From assembly GCA_017654855.1 (NCBI GenBank), contig CM030336.1, positions 682,001 through 746,000 of the forward strand: 64,000 nt of DNA. Reading direction: 5' to 3'. Source of the DNA: Podospora anserina. Lineage: Eukaryota. Below the pieces are notes generated by a model that did not search any database, was not told the origin of the DNA, and saw only the letters and a program-made list of their open reading frames with translations. Shown here piece after piece: positions 22,726-35,504 of this stretch. A program made the translations under genes and the position numbers. Each line of letters starts with the position of its first letter. Positions within the stretch are counted from its first letter, which is position 1.

Positions 22726-24039
22726 ATGGCAACCAATTCCACATACTTTGTTGCTCTCTGCTCCTTCGTAGCCACCCGCTACGCGGAAGCCGGGATCCAA
22801 CTTGACGATATCGAGCGTGAAGAATTGCCCCTTACCCTCAGCACCTTCCTCAACACCATCTCCAACGGTCTTCGTGACCCCATTCCGGAGAAAAGAAAGC
22901 GCCGAGGTATTGACTTCGGCACGGAAACACTCAACGAGATTCCTCCTGCTAACTTGCATTACAGCACCAACAAAGGCCGCCAATGCCAGCCACACATCAG
23001 CCGGCATCGGGATTCCCGCTCGGGTATATCTTCAGGCCTTGTTCCCGAATACTTTGGCTGCCCGAGATGTCAGGGCACTGGAACCACCTGCCCAAACGCC
23101 AACATGACCGCCCTCATCAATCGTGAAAGCGGGCCCATTGCCAAGCTAGCCTCCGCAATCTACGCAGTCGACCAGGTCTTTCACAAATGGGTAGTCCACG
23201 CCTTCCCACCCGGCTTCTCCTGGGCCTCCCCCTTGGACAACTCCTACTCCCAAGCCGAGCTGACCACCTTCTTCAACCTCATCACCTTGTCCTACAACCT
23301 CCACACCCTCCGCACCACCCTCAAGGACCTCAGCACCCACATCAAATCCGTCTCCAGAAAAATCACCGCCTTCTCCGCCGCCCTCTCCTTCCTCTTGGGA
23401 ATCCTAATCCACATCTCGGAGAACCACGGAGTCCAAATCCCCCCTAACCTCCCCTTCACCTTCAAACCAGTCGACGAAACCGATTACCGCTGCCCCTTCC
23501 CGGGCATCACCAACCAGTCCATCACCAGACCCCCACACGACCATTACTTCACCCTCATCAAAAATTCCATCCTCCTCCGCCACGCCGTCACCCAACTCTC
23601 CAAATTCATCACCACCACGCTCGCCTCCCACATCCGCCTCGCCGTCATGTCCCTCGGCGCCTTGTCACAATCCCCCCCCGGAACTATCGACCCTTCTCTC
23701 CTCTGCCCAGGTAGGCTGGGCCAGTTAGCGGACAAGCTGGGAAACATGGAGGTCATCTCCATGGAGCAGGAACTCAAGCCTTTTCTCCAACAGCTCGAGG
23801 ACCATGCCGCGGATGTCAAGGAGAAGCTGGGTGGGTGTGATTTGGGGGACCAGGCGCTGGCGATGGATACCAGCCTGTCGAGGTCGTATGTCGAGATGTT
23901 GGCGGGCAAGTTTGGGGAGGTTCAGACGGCGACGTTGGGGAGTGGCGGGTGGATGATCCAGGTTGCGGAGGAGGGGGCGAGGGTGGTGGGTGAGGTTGCT
24001 GAGGGGTATAGGCTGTTGAGGCTGAGGGAGTATTGTTGA
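22726..24039 (+). CDS. Hypothetical protein (437 aa)
   Basis: Long uninterrupted ORF with good ATG context (CAAAATGG); helical composition; no family recognised. Confidence 0.7.
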   Translation: MATNSTYFVALCSFVATRYAEAGIQLDDIEREELPLTLSTFLNTISNGLRDPIPEKRKRRGIDFGTETLNEIPPANLHYSTNKGRQCQPHISRHRDSRSGISSGLVPEYFGCPRCQGTGTTCPNANMTALINRESGPIAKLASAIYAVDQVFHKWVVHAFPPGFSWASPLDNSYSQAELTTFFNLITLSYNLHTLRTTLKDLSTHIKSVSRKITAFSAALSFLLGILIHISENHGVQIPPNLPFTFKPVDETDYRCPFPGITNQSITRPPHDHYFTLIKNSILLRHAVTQLSKFITTTLASHIRLAVMSLGALSQSPPGTIDPSLLCPGRLGQLADKLGNMEVISMEQELKPFLQQLEDHAADVKEKLGGCDLGDQALAMDTSLSRSYVEMLAGKFGEVQTATLGSGGWMIQVAEEGARVVGEVAEGYRLLRLREYC

Positions 24040-24715
24040 TTGACATAGAAGTGGGAGATGGTGGGTGGACAGATCAAGGTATAGAGTTTGGTAGGTAGGG
24101 TGTAGTTTTCTTTAGGTTGTTGGGACTGTCACGACTGTCTGATGCCGTGCTTTTGGATATCACCTTTTACCAATTTTCTTCTTGTATAACACATGAACCC
24201 AGAAATGCTTACTACCTAATTTATTCTTTTACCACAACACACACAAGTCCCAGAAATGCAACAGTGAAACGTGACAAGTAGCAAGAACCAAACAGCACCA
24301 TGGTTTTATTGTCAACGGTGGAAGGGATGGATCCCGTGAACCACCACGTCAAAAGCTATGCTAGGTATCTATCTACCCAATAACAAAGCTCATCTTTCCC
24401 TTCCATCCGTGACGTCAGTTCAGAGACTGACATGTCCAATTCCCAGTGCTGACTGATCCCTGCCTTGAAAAATGTACCCTGGCCAGAGTAGAGAAGAGAA
24501 AAAGGAAAGAGGTATAAGAAAACAGAAAATAGAAAACACACTCATTGTTCGAGTGAGACTTGTGTTGTACAGGCCCTCCCCAATTGACCTCGACAACAGC
24601 AAAGAAAATGGAGCAAGAAACCCCCGCCGTCACCCGTCCCAGTTCCGTGACATGCTCCCAATTCCCCCATGTATGCATATATTTGTCCAAACCTTTCACT
24701 CTGCATGCCGCTCTC

Positions 24716-26754
24716 TTAGTTCTTGATATACCAATCAGGATGCTCACCAACCCACTTCTTGACCTTCAACCCAGAATCGATCTTGGGGAAGGGGTTAGTA
24801 GGCCAGTATGCCCTCCAGGCATTGCAGTTGTTGTTGTGCTGGTTCTTGTCCGCCTGGCTGAAACCGTTGCGCAAGTCATTGGGGCGCTCGAGATACTGCA
24901 CCGACAAACCGCCAGACACGTGCCAGGCAATGTGGCAGTGGAAAAGCCAAGCACCGGGGTTGTCAGACTTGAAGGCGATGAGCAGCCATCCGTTGGCGGG
25001 AAGCATGGCGACGTCGCGACGGACCGGGTTGGAGCTCTTGAGCAGGGCCATGTCAGTGGCGGGATTGAAGCGGTAGCGTGTCTGAGGAACGCCGGCCGGT
25101 TGGTCGGGGGAGCGGCCGACGACGAGGAAATCATGACCGTGAAGATGCATCGGGTGCGGAATGCTGAAGGGGCCGGTAGGGTCGTTCTCGATGAGCCAGT
25201 AAGTCCACTGGTTGACGCTGTTGACGGTGATGACGTTGGCTTGAGGAGGATAGCTGGTGTTTTGGGCAATGACGTAGTCAACAATCGGTTTGTCCCAGTC
25301 GACATTAATGGAGCTGCCATTGACCTTCCAGACAAAGAGGGGTGTGCCGCCGAGGGTCAAGGAGACGGGTAGAGTGTTGTTAGGGCGGGGAGTGAAGCCA
25401 CTAGTAGGAACGCTGCGGGAGACAACAGGTGTCAAGTTGTTGAGGTCCATGCAGTTGGCATCAGCAGCAGGAGTGCCAATGTTGGTCGGGAGAGTGTTAG
25501 GAGCTCCCTGGTAGCGGAAGACCGCAGCCGGGTGAGGATTGAGCGAAGCACCGCAGGCAAGACCGCCGCCAAAGGTGGCGTTGAACCAATAGTTCCCAAC
25601 ACTCTTGTTGGCGTCAATAGTGACATCGTAGCGCTGGCCAACGGCAAGGAAGAGACTGTCAACAGTCTGGGCCTGAACGGGAACCATGTCGGCGGCAATG
25701 ATGGTCATGGTGTGATTCTGGAGCTTCAGCTGGAAGTGATCGTGGGTCGAGGTGTTGATGATGCGGAGACGATGACGCTTGCCGGGGGTGAGCGTGACAT
25801 TGGCAAATTTACCAGCGCCGGTCTGGGGATTCTTTCCGTGCCCTTTGAAGAGAACAGTGTCACTGGGAGGGGGACCGCCATTCATGGTTTCCTCAACCAG
25901 GACATCAGCCGGCTTGTGGTAGTAGTCGGTGATGGGGAAGACACCAAGATCGATATCGTAGGGAACCGAAGCAGGACCATTGACCACGATGGTGCCAACG
26001 ACGCCGTTGCCGTATTGGGCCGAGAAATGCGAGTGGTACCAACTGGTGCCATATTGCTGAGCGCGGAACCTGTAGATGCGGCTGCCTCCCTTGGGCGGGA
26101 TAGGGCATTCGGTGACACCGTTGGCACCATCGTGCATGTTTGTTCCTTTCTGGTGGAGACCGTGCCAATGAATAGAGGTGCTGCGAGAAAAGAGTCAGTA
26201 CAAGTTCCATGGGCAGTAAACAATATCAATGTGAGAAACATACCCATTAGTCCTGAGATTGTTGATGACATTGACTTGAATCCAATCACCCCAGTTAGCA
26301 GTAATGGTAGGCCCTGAATCACCTGTTAGCATAGCCCTTGTCAGATGGTACGGCAGTGAACATACCAAAGATGTCACCATTGACAAGCATGACCTTCTGC
26401 TTAACCACGCCATCAGGACCGAGCCAGTTGTCAACTTCGGTCAAGGTCAGAGTATACTATAAGGCTGTTAGTAACCAGGGGCACCATGACTTCATCAAAG
26501 GGGCAAAAGCATACGGTGCGTGTGACTCCGGTGTTGGGAGTGCTGACTTCGTAGTCCGTGTTGATATCAAAACCAGGGGCCCAGCAAGCACGGTTGGCGG
26601 CAGTGTGGCACGAAGACTGCCTCTCTTCGACGGGACGAAGAAGATCACGAGTGACCTCACGGGGCACGCCCGGGAGAGAAGGTGCGGCCAGGACGGCGCT
26701 GGGTGCGACGAGGCCAAGCAGGAGCGCCGCGGCGCTGAAGAAGGACTTCATCAT
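24716..26754 (-). CDS. lac2: Secreted ascomycete laccase (AA1 multicopper oxidase)
   Basis: Signal and propeptide MMKSFFSAAA...VEER; Cu motifs HWHG, WYHSH, HPMHLHGH, HCHIAWH; introns 26457-26514, 26314-26365, 26181-26243; DSGL followed by a C-terminal extension. Symbol given from recalled resemblance to Podospora laccase 2. Confidence 0.93.
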
Positions 26755-29700
26755 GAACAAGAACTGAAGAGAATAGACCGAGAGGAGAACCGGGTGAGGA
26801 GGGGATGGAGAGGAGAGCTGGTGAGGATGAGAAGAAAGGGTGACTCAAAACGGACGGAGATGGTGACTCTTATAGAGGATCCATCAGATGGTACAAAGAC
26901 TTAGTCGATAATTCGAGATGTGATCAGCCAGGGTGATGGTGCTCGGTGCTCGTATTCTCGATGACCTCCCCTTTCCTCCTTTGGATATTGTCTGAGTTAG
27001 GGCGTCTCTAGTCTTCTTCGTCGGAAGACGCGGGTACCCGCTAGGTAGAGGCGTGTGTAGGACGCACGAGGGGCAGACGTGAGCGGCTCGGCACATGGAT
27101 GTCGATACCTGCTAGACTGCAATCTATCGAAGTTCCCATGACCTGGATCCAGCTGTCTGGGCGGCATGCCGAGAGTATTGGATGTATCGTGAGGGTGTGA
27201 GAAAGCTACGCTACAGATAGACATGATCTTAGGAACGGGGATAGCTTGACAGCAGGGTTATCGGGCTATGGCGACCCGAACACCCCATCCTGTCACGCCG
27301 GGTAAGCCCATGTTAAGGGCGGGGTGAGTAAGCCTGAAGCTGAACCGCAGCACAAGTTCGTGTGCGTTCAAAAAGAGGCATCTGCAAAGAGGGTCACTTC
27401 GGCTTTACGTGGGCAGATGTTAAGTCACAGGATTCGATAGTCTCATGAAGCCTTCCACTTCTTTGGGACTCAACGAGGGCAGCGAGGTGGGGAGCTTTAG
27501 GTGTCGTAGCTGTTGATCTGCGTCGTGATGGCTATTTGCGGAGCATCGCTCGAGGTGTGAAGAAGGGGAGTGGTGATAACTTCAATCACCATCCTGCATC
27601 AAAGTATTGGCTTGGCCCAAGCTGGGAATACTCTCCCAAAGATCGTGAACAAGGTACGTCGCTGCCTGCCTTGTGCCACACTCCATACCCCTGGACGAAC
27701 AGGCATGTAAAAGGAACGGGACGGCATGGAGAAGAGGCCCAAGAGATGCACATTTGACCCTTCAGCCGCGTCTTCGGCGGCTGTGCATGTGTACGACAAC
27801 GGGCACCAACCGCGTGATCGAGGAACCATCTTGGCAGGGGAAAAGCAGAAGGGAGGCCAGTTGTGGATGGGGTGGACGGTGCAATGCGTACCATAGCGTG
27901 GGCAAAAGCACAAGAGGGCACAAGATTGATATTTCGGTTTCTCGCTTCCCCAGAGACTAAAGTCAACAGCCACGCGGCACCCAAGATCTTGGTAGTAACG
28001 GAATGTTTCTAGAATGGAAACCCGGAATCGAATAAACCAAACAATATAGATGACACTGCCAGGGTAATTGGGGGTCCATGTTTGAAAACCAGTAAATTGT
28101 GAGCAGCAGCGGCGTAGTCATCTAGCGTTGAAAAGGGGGCACCGAACTGCAACCCAGTGGGCTACCCACGCAAGGACCATGGAAATGCCCAAAGGATCAC
28201 TTGGCCAGGGTGATGTGGGCAGGTTACCGGTCAGGGTCGCAATATGAGTGGATAGCGCTATATCCGGCAACGACGACGTCTCTTTGAGGGATGTCACGTT
28301 CTGAGTTTCATTCTCTCCGAGTAGCTCCCGACGAAGGCCTCGCTTCTGCCCTACCGGTATGATGATTAATTTGACATCCCGCTCGCCTCCTTGGAGATGG
28401 AACCAATGCTTATTGGCCACAGCTTATCTTGGCGGGGATAACAACATTTTCTCGGTGATAAGTTATGAACACTTGTATCTTGCAGTACAGGGTGGAACTA
28501 TTAGCTGATGGTATGAGTGAAATATCGTTCGACGGATCACCTGCGTCAGAACGCTCACAGTCGGCACTAGACGACTGGAAGCTTGGTTCAGGCCGAAAGG
28601 GTTCTCAGGCCAAGCGCCTAGAGGATACGAATAGGAAAGAAGAAAGGACAAGTTGAAGCTACTGGCGACATGAACTTTGGGAAAGGAACGCAGCAAGAGC
28701 TTGGAATAACTTGGCGGCAGAATCGGACCCGGAGCGGAAGTGAATGGTGGCCGGTAACCAGGCTAGTGTGTAATATGGCTTCCGAGGAGGCTCCAAGAAT
28801 GAGGTGCTGGGATGCCCAGGCCATGCAGGTGTGATAAGTCGTGTAACCTACATCGTAAGCTGAGAATGCAACTGTCCGCCTGGCACTTTTGAACAGACGC
28901 CGCATCGAAGAGGTGGCGTAAGGGGAACGCCAAATTGCGGATGCTAAGTTTCGAGGCGAGAGTCGAGTGTGCCGGACTGTACAGTTGGGTGGGGCTTGTA
29001 GGGCAAGAGCAGAAAGACGAGCACTGGGTTTGCTCAGACTTTAGCTGACCCCTATTGTCGTCGCTTGTGATGACTTGATTTGTTTCTGCGGCTCGACGGC
29101 TGCAACGCTGCAACGCTGCAATGCTCCAGCAGCGCGGTTCTGTGTAGTCAAGACTCGTATCATATCTGCGCTTGGGCAAGAAACGAAGAGACAGGCTGTG
29201 CCGTGCTCCTCCAATCTTACCAGTCTTACCGTCCTTACGCCGCAGTGTTCAACAATACCCCACAATGTGGAGGACAAGCCCTGGCCTTGTGGTTGACGAA
29301 ACCGAAATCGCCGTATGAGATCGTATCGTCTGGAGGCTGATGGACCCAAAGCAAGCCTCTTGGATGTGGGAAGCACCTGCAGGTGGGAGTGTTGAAGCTC
29401 TGGGCAAGCTAACCAAACTCGAATCAAAGTCGGTCCCGAGCCGTGTTGGCTTCTAAATAAAGCCAGTCTATTAGAACCCTGACCCCTTGTGCCCGCATTC
29501 GTCCAATCGCAATCGAGGCGCATTTTGAGTTGTTCCTTGCCCGCGGTGTGGCGCGCCCGGCACGGCAGGCAAGTATTGGGTTCGTCGTACGGAATCAGAC
29601 GAAATGCTCTTGATGGATTGTGGATGGGAAAAATGATTCGATGAAGGGTCGTTGAAAGCGGAGCCCAAGGATGCCAAAATAATCCTTTCCTAGGCGCAAC

Positions 29701-32700
29701 AATCCTTGTGTGGATCGGTGGGGAACGTGGGAGACTAGAAAGCGTAATAAACTCGAGAGACCAAGGTGAAGTCGTGATGGTTACCGCCCCAAATGCATCA
29801 CTAGTGTGCGGTGTGCAGCTCGGAGAACGCAGGGCCTTCAGGACCGAGCCTTGGACTTTAGATTTCCCGATGCCGGCCAGGTCATGGTCCTCGGACGTGA
29901 TAATTGACCGGGCACGAGACGAGAGCGGTTGAAGACAGGAGGTGGAAGGGTTGCTTTGGCGTGAGAACAAGGTGTCGTGTCAGAGTCGCCAGGCAGGAAC
30001 TGTGCATCAAAAGTCACCATGTTGGCCCAACTCGGACTTTCGGCAGTTGCCTGCCTCTTGGGTTGCTCTCGACTAGCTATCCACACCTAGCAGCACAATA
30101 GCATCTTTCCGAGGAGGGGAATAAGCTCTCCCTGACGTCGTGGGATATCATCTTTCGTCGTCATTGTCGTATGTACTTCGTACCGCTCACATGAAGGCAG
30201 CGCCGTCGTTGTTTGGTCCGCTTAGAAGATTTGGAAAAGTCCGCGTGAAGCTGCGCGCGACACACCGAGGTGTGTTGGTGGTGGTGGTGGTAGGTTGAAA
30301 TTGGTGGGGTAGGTACACGAAAGCCAGGGGCCAAGATAGCGGAGTGGGGGGTCGTTGTAGGGCGCGCCCCCAAGACATGGGCCAGTCGCAGCCAAGGACG
30401 TTGACAGCGATAGCGCCACGATAGTTGAGTGATTATGACACGGCCCATGCGTCCACTTCGTACAGACATAACATATTGGACAGTTTGACAGCTCCAGCCG
30501 ATAAGTATCACAAGCATCAAGACCAGCTTCCCCTCACTGTACGTAATACCATCTTCATCCGATGATTCCGATCACCTTCCGATCCGCTCCGCCGTTCATG
30601 GTCTTGTGCTTATTTGTGTTGGCGGCCGTTGTAGTGCGGGGGGGAATGCGTGAGCCCGGCCCGCTATTTTGCGTGCCCATCATCACAAACAGCTTTTGTG
30701 ATCTGTGTGAAATGGTCTCAGATTGCTTAAAAATCACAAAAGTCCTGGCACCTAATGCCGAGACAATATTGCTTCCAGAAACGTCCGATTGAGTCGGGCA
30801 AAGAAGAGGTACCGTAGCTTTCACTCCAATGCTACGGTGTTGTCTTCGGTTGCCAGTGTGCCTGTCCCCACGTGTTATTGATTCTGCGGGGCCATTTGGG
30901 TTACGGGGGTCCCTCTTTGAGCGGGAATGATCGGCAGCCACTGCTCGGGACGGGAACAGCGGCTGGAGGCTCGGCGGCGCTAGACATGGGGTCTCCAAAA
31001 TCTGGCGTCAACAGCTGTGTTCAGGGAGGCCCAGGCAGGTGAACTTTTGGAATGAAAGCAAACCGAAACTCATGGCCTGGTACTCCGTAGTAGCGACCTT
31101 TGCTCTGGAGATGGTGTCCCGAACTTTGGAGCAGAAGGATGGCTGGCTACCAAAGCAATCAGACAAGGACTCGACTCGGCCTAATATTCCTCCTCGCCGC
31201 AGACGGGCGTCTCCGCGGGCCCTGTGCCTGGAACCGAGATCCTGCGGGGGCGCGTGAGGCTGCAGCGATGCCTGAGAAGGGGAATAAGATGCGTTTCCCG
31301 TAACAAGGGGCCTCTTTTCTTCGCTTGATTTCACTCTGCGCGGAATTGAGTGGGAGGTACACCGGATCAGTCCCGTTGTCAACGCCCATCTTGCTGTTTT
31401 GCCCTCTTGCACCTGTACCCCCCATGCGCTGATATCGACTGGGAGCAGGATCTATGTGTAAGCGGGCGTAGTGTACATGGTAGGGATCTCCTCAGGGGCT
31501 AACCGATTTAACGCTAGTTTGTCGTATTTAGATCTCACGCCGATTCCGTCGCCCTACTGTCGAATGCTGATACTAGTGTGGTGAAGGGCGCAAAGTTGTG
31601 CTTCTTCTCAGGTGTACTGCATCTGTCGCTAGAGCTGAAGCTCTCAACTGGATACGGTCATGATCGTCAGATAAGCTCCCCTCCACCGCGGGTATTTTCC
31701 TGGGCTCGCCTAGAGTTGCAGTCGAATTGGAACTCCCGAGGCCGAATGCCGATGTATTATTATCCGCCAGGTGGTGTGAGAGCCCAACGCCATGAAACCA
31801 ATAACTGTCGATGGAGGGTCCTTGATCAAATGATGCCGTGTATTCTTGGTAGCTCGTATGATATCTGTACTCAAGATTTGGCAGCCTATGTTCGTCCGCG
31901 AGTTGTCACACCAGCCGCTGACCTCCAAGCTAAATCCGATACAGCTTCCACCGTGACCGGCGACAACAGGACGGTACGCGTCGGCGATGTGTCATGGAAT
32001 GAGGTTCGAGATGTGGGGCAGCTGAGGAGCATCCGCGATTGGGTTTGGAAGCGATGTCTGCCGGCAATGCCACACTTGGCTGCGACGTTGACGGGCCACC
32101 GCGGCTCTTCCGAGTGAACCTCAGTAATCTCCATCTCAGTTTCGGTGAGCGCCCAGGAGGATGGAGTGGGCCATCTCAAAGTTGAAAAAATCGAAGGAAT
32201 TGTCCGGGGTGAGTTGCGTTGTGTTGGAGGAAGTCAAGAGGCTCGACGGTCCGTCTATCCGCTTTGTCGACTTGTGGCTGCCAATAATTCGGTAGCCACG
32301 GTGAGCGATGGCGTAGAGGGTGCTGCTTGAAGTAAAAAGGGTGATAAGGTATTCAGGTTCCAAGCTCGCTGTTGCCATGTTTGATGTTGTTCATCCAGAT
32401 GATTTGCCGTTGTGCTCTTCTATTCCCCCTTTCCTCCCAATGCTCCCCTCCTGCCTTCCTTCCATTAGGTATCCCACAGGCCACCCCACTTTGCCGCTCT
32501 CTTCTCGACTGTGTGATTGCCTGCTGCAGATAGTATCGCACTTTTCGCTCAGGTAACAAGGGCTGAAATACTGGAATGTCGTTTCGGTGGTACGCTGGGC
32601 GCGATGGGTTCATTCATGAATTGTGTCGATGCGAAGAAGTTGGCTGATGAACAGAGAAAATAGCCAAGTATCGAAGAAACAAACCCGGACGTACCATTTT

Positions 32701-34614
32701 GTTCTGGGGTGCATAACACATATATGCCCCCTCATCCACGGACATCCGTTCCTTGGGTCGGGTTCGGTCAACAATCCTTTACCAATTATGAGAAAGTCCG
32801 GGACCACGCAACAGTAGCATCAGTGCATCACCACGTCACAACCGGCACTTTGACATTCGAATCGTCGAAGCCCAATCATCTATCAATCACACATAACAGC
32901 CTCGATATAAACACACAATAAGTCTTTCCAAACTGCCGGATATCGCGGGGTGGATGCTGATCGCTGTTTCAGATTGACAAGATCTGCGGCTCCTGCACGC
33001 CATCAATGCTGAAGGCCGAGAACTCTCCGGCTTCGGTAACAAGTGCGATATGCCCGGCCGATATATGTCTTCCCAGCCTATTATCTGCGCCACCTGTCAC
33101 GGCCCCTCCCGTTGGTCTCAGATCTTGGATCACATCTTGTACAGCCATGTGTGACAGCTGACGGATAGTATAGGAAAGCTCCGTGCTCGGCCGGTGATTT
33201 TGGACTTATCGCACAAAAGGATTCGGCATTCGGGCATGAAATGGGGTTTATAGCCGGGCGGACTTGACAAAGAGTCCTATTCAGTGTAGAGGCGGTATCA
33301 GCAGCTACCGCGTATCCGCGATGAACTTGCGAACACTGCTCATGAGCGAGTTTCACACCCAATCCATATTCAATAGCGGAGTGCATCATGCACCCCTTTG
33401 GGAATGCCAGCCATCCGGGCGTGCGGCATTGGACTCACATAAGCGTTTGTCAGCGCAATGGGAAGGACTGCTTCGTACATGTCTGGCCTATGAGGAGTGA
33501 CCTTTGGATCCTTGCCCTGTGAATAGGACCACGACGATGTCTAATAGGACGCAGCAGCTTGATTGAAATCAGACAGGTTTACTCCCTGAAGAAAGCAGTA
33601 TGTTAGTAGGAATTTTATCTCATTTCAATTTCCAATAAAAAGGCACGAAACGTCGCGTGCGAACTTGGTGATGCTCGCCACATACCTATCAATCCGCCAT
33701 CCAAACACCTCCGTCTGGCACTGGGAAACACCTTTAAGAATAAAGACTTTTACCAAAAAATACTGGCCATACGAGAGTAGAAGTCTCTAAATTGACCGCA
33801 TGTCTCAATCTCTTTTCTCATTACACATGTCACGTTGATTGAAAAGAAAAACTCTCGAAGGTCGCCTCCTTCGAATAACCCCACCCAGCCCCTGAGCTTG
33901 TTTACTTCGCTTGCCATGCCAAGTCGTCGTCCGAGCAGCCCTTGACATGGGTGATGACACCATCGCGTACCCTAACCCTTGACATTCAATCCCACCCTCA
34001 ACAAGAAAAACATCCATCGACGAAAACAATAGAGACAACATCTCTTCATGACAACAAAGTTCCAGAATTTCCACATGCCAACGGGCCTTCCAGCACAAAT
34101 TAATGACCATTCAAAAATCGCTCGGTCATTCTTCCCACCGAAACCCGGCCCGCACAGGAGCCCCACACCCTAAATGGTGACGTCAAATCCCCTACGGGTG
34201 TCAACCGTGATCTCGACCTCAAACAGCCGGATCGTTCTAGGCAATCGAGTCTCTCTTAACCCGCAGCCTTTTATGGCATGCGATCCTAAATTAGCGGGGA
34301 AGTTCAAAGGTTAAAATACTGCAATGATGTGGAGCTGCAGTCCTAACTAACGCCGAGCCAACCTCTTGATGTCATCATGACCGGCGCATACCGCACATCA
34401 CTCCTCCCCTTTTCTTAAAATGCGCCCTTCCGCCTTCGCCTCAACGCTCCCATACCAATTGATTTGCCAATCATTTTCCAATCCCCCACCACCGTTGTGC
34501 AACATACCTCTTCATTAACATCAAGTTTTGACATACAAAAACCAAATCAACCCGATCCCCAACACAAACCACCTGTTCCACACCTAGCAATCCAACCACC
34601 CCAACACCTTCAAA

Positions 34615-34971
34615 ATGTCCAACATGGCCCGCAACCGCGTCATCCCCGCCGTCATCGCCTCCGGCCTCTTCGGCGGACTCCTCTACTCGACAGCCGGTGG
34701 CTCCAATCAGCCTCGCCCCCGCGCCCGCCACGACGCAGCAGCCACCAACCTCAACGTCTCTGAGTCCCTCGAGTCCATCGCCGGCACGGGCGGTAAGCAC
34801 ACCCGCAAGCAGTCCGACATACCCTCCGAGATCGACCCCAAGAACACTCGCATCGCGAGCCACAACCCAACCGCCCACGCCAAGCGGTCGCCCTCCAAGA
34901 CGCTCGACCTCGGGGACGGAAGTGAGCCCAGCCAGCTGCCCAAGAATGTCGGGCCTCATCGGGATCTTTGA
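34615..34971 (+). CDS. Small protein (118 aa) with an N-terminal hydrophobic segment
   Basis: CAAAATGT start context, strong C-ending codon bias, VIPAVIASGLFGGLLY hydrophobic stretch. Confidence 0.65.
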   Translation: MSNMARNRVIPAVIASGLFGGLLYSTAGGSNQPRPRARHDAAATNLNVSESLESIAGTGGKHTRKQSDIPSEIDPKNTRIASHNPTAHAKRSPSKTLDLGDGSEPSQLPKNVGPHRDL

Positions 34972-35504
34972 GCAGAGAAGAGGTGATAGGAAAAGGAACA
35001 TGACGAGGGAGATCAAAGTGTAGGATAACGCTGGTGAGGCAACATGCCAGAAAAAGCAAAGCGCCTCAAACGGAGGAGGGGAGCCAGCCGTAAGGAGATA
35101 CGGTTGGAGTCTGCATAGTCTGGCGTTTGGTTGCTTTGAACAGCATAGTAATATGTAACAAAATAGATAACATGATGCAAACCTTTGTGGTGTCCCCCGA
35201 TATTCGACAATATTCAAGCTGGTCAAAGAGCGGAAGCGTACCTTATGACACGCACGCATCAAATCCAGGTCAATTTCATGAACACGTCAAAGAGCCAATC
35301 GGAAATGAACGTCAGATTAAACACAACTGGAACAGAATTTCTTTCAGCGTACTTCTCCTACAACTTCAACACCACATTACTCTCATCTTTCAACAACTAT
35401 CCCCATCTAAGTCCTACCGGTAAAACGACGACATATGTGTTAAAACTTCATATCGCCACCCAAAACTGCCCATATCTCATTCCACCGCTCTCATTTGTTG
35501 TAGC

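Noticed and set aside
29041-29970. 309-aa ORF in the laccase upstream region
   Set aside because: Non-ATG start, no codon bias and no recognisable motif.
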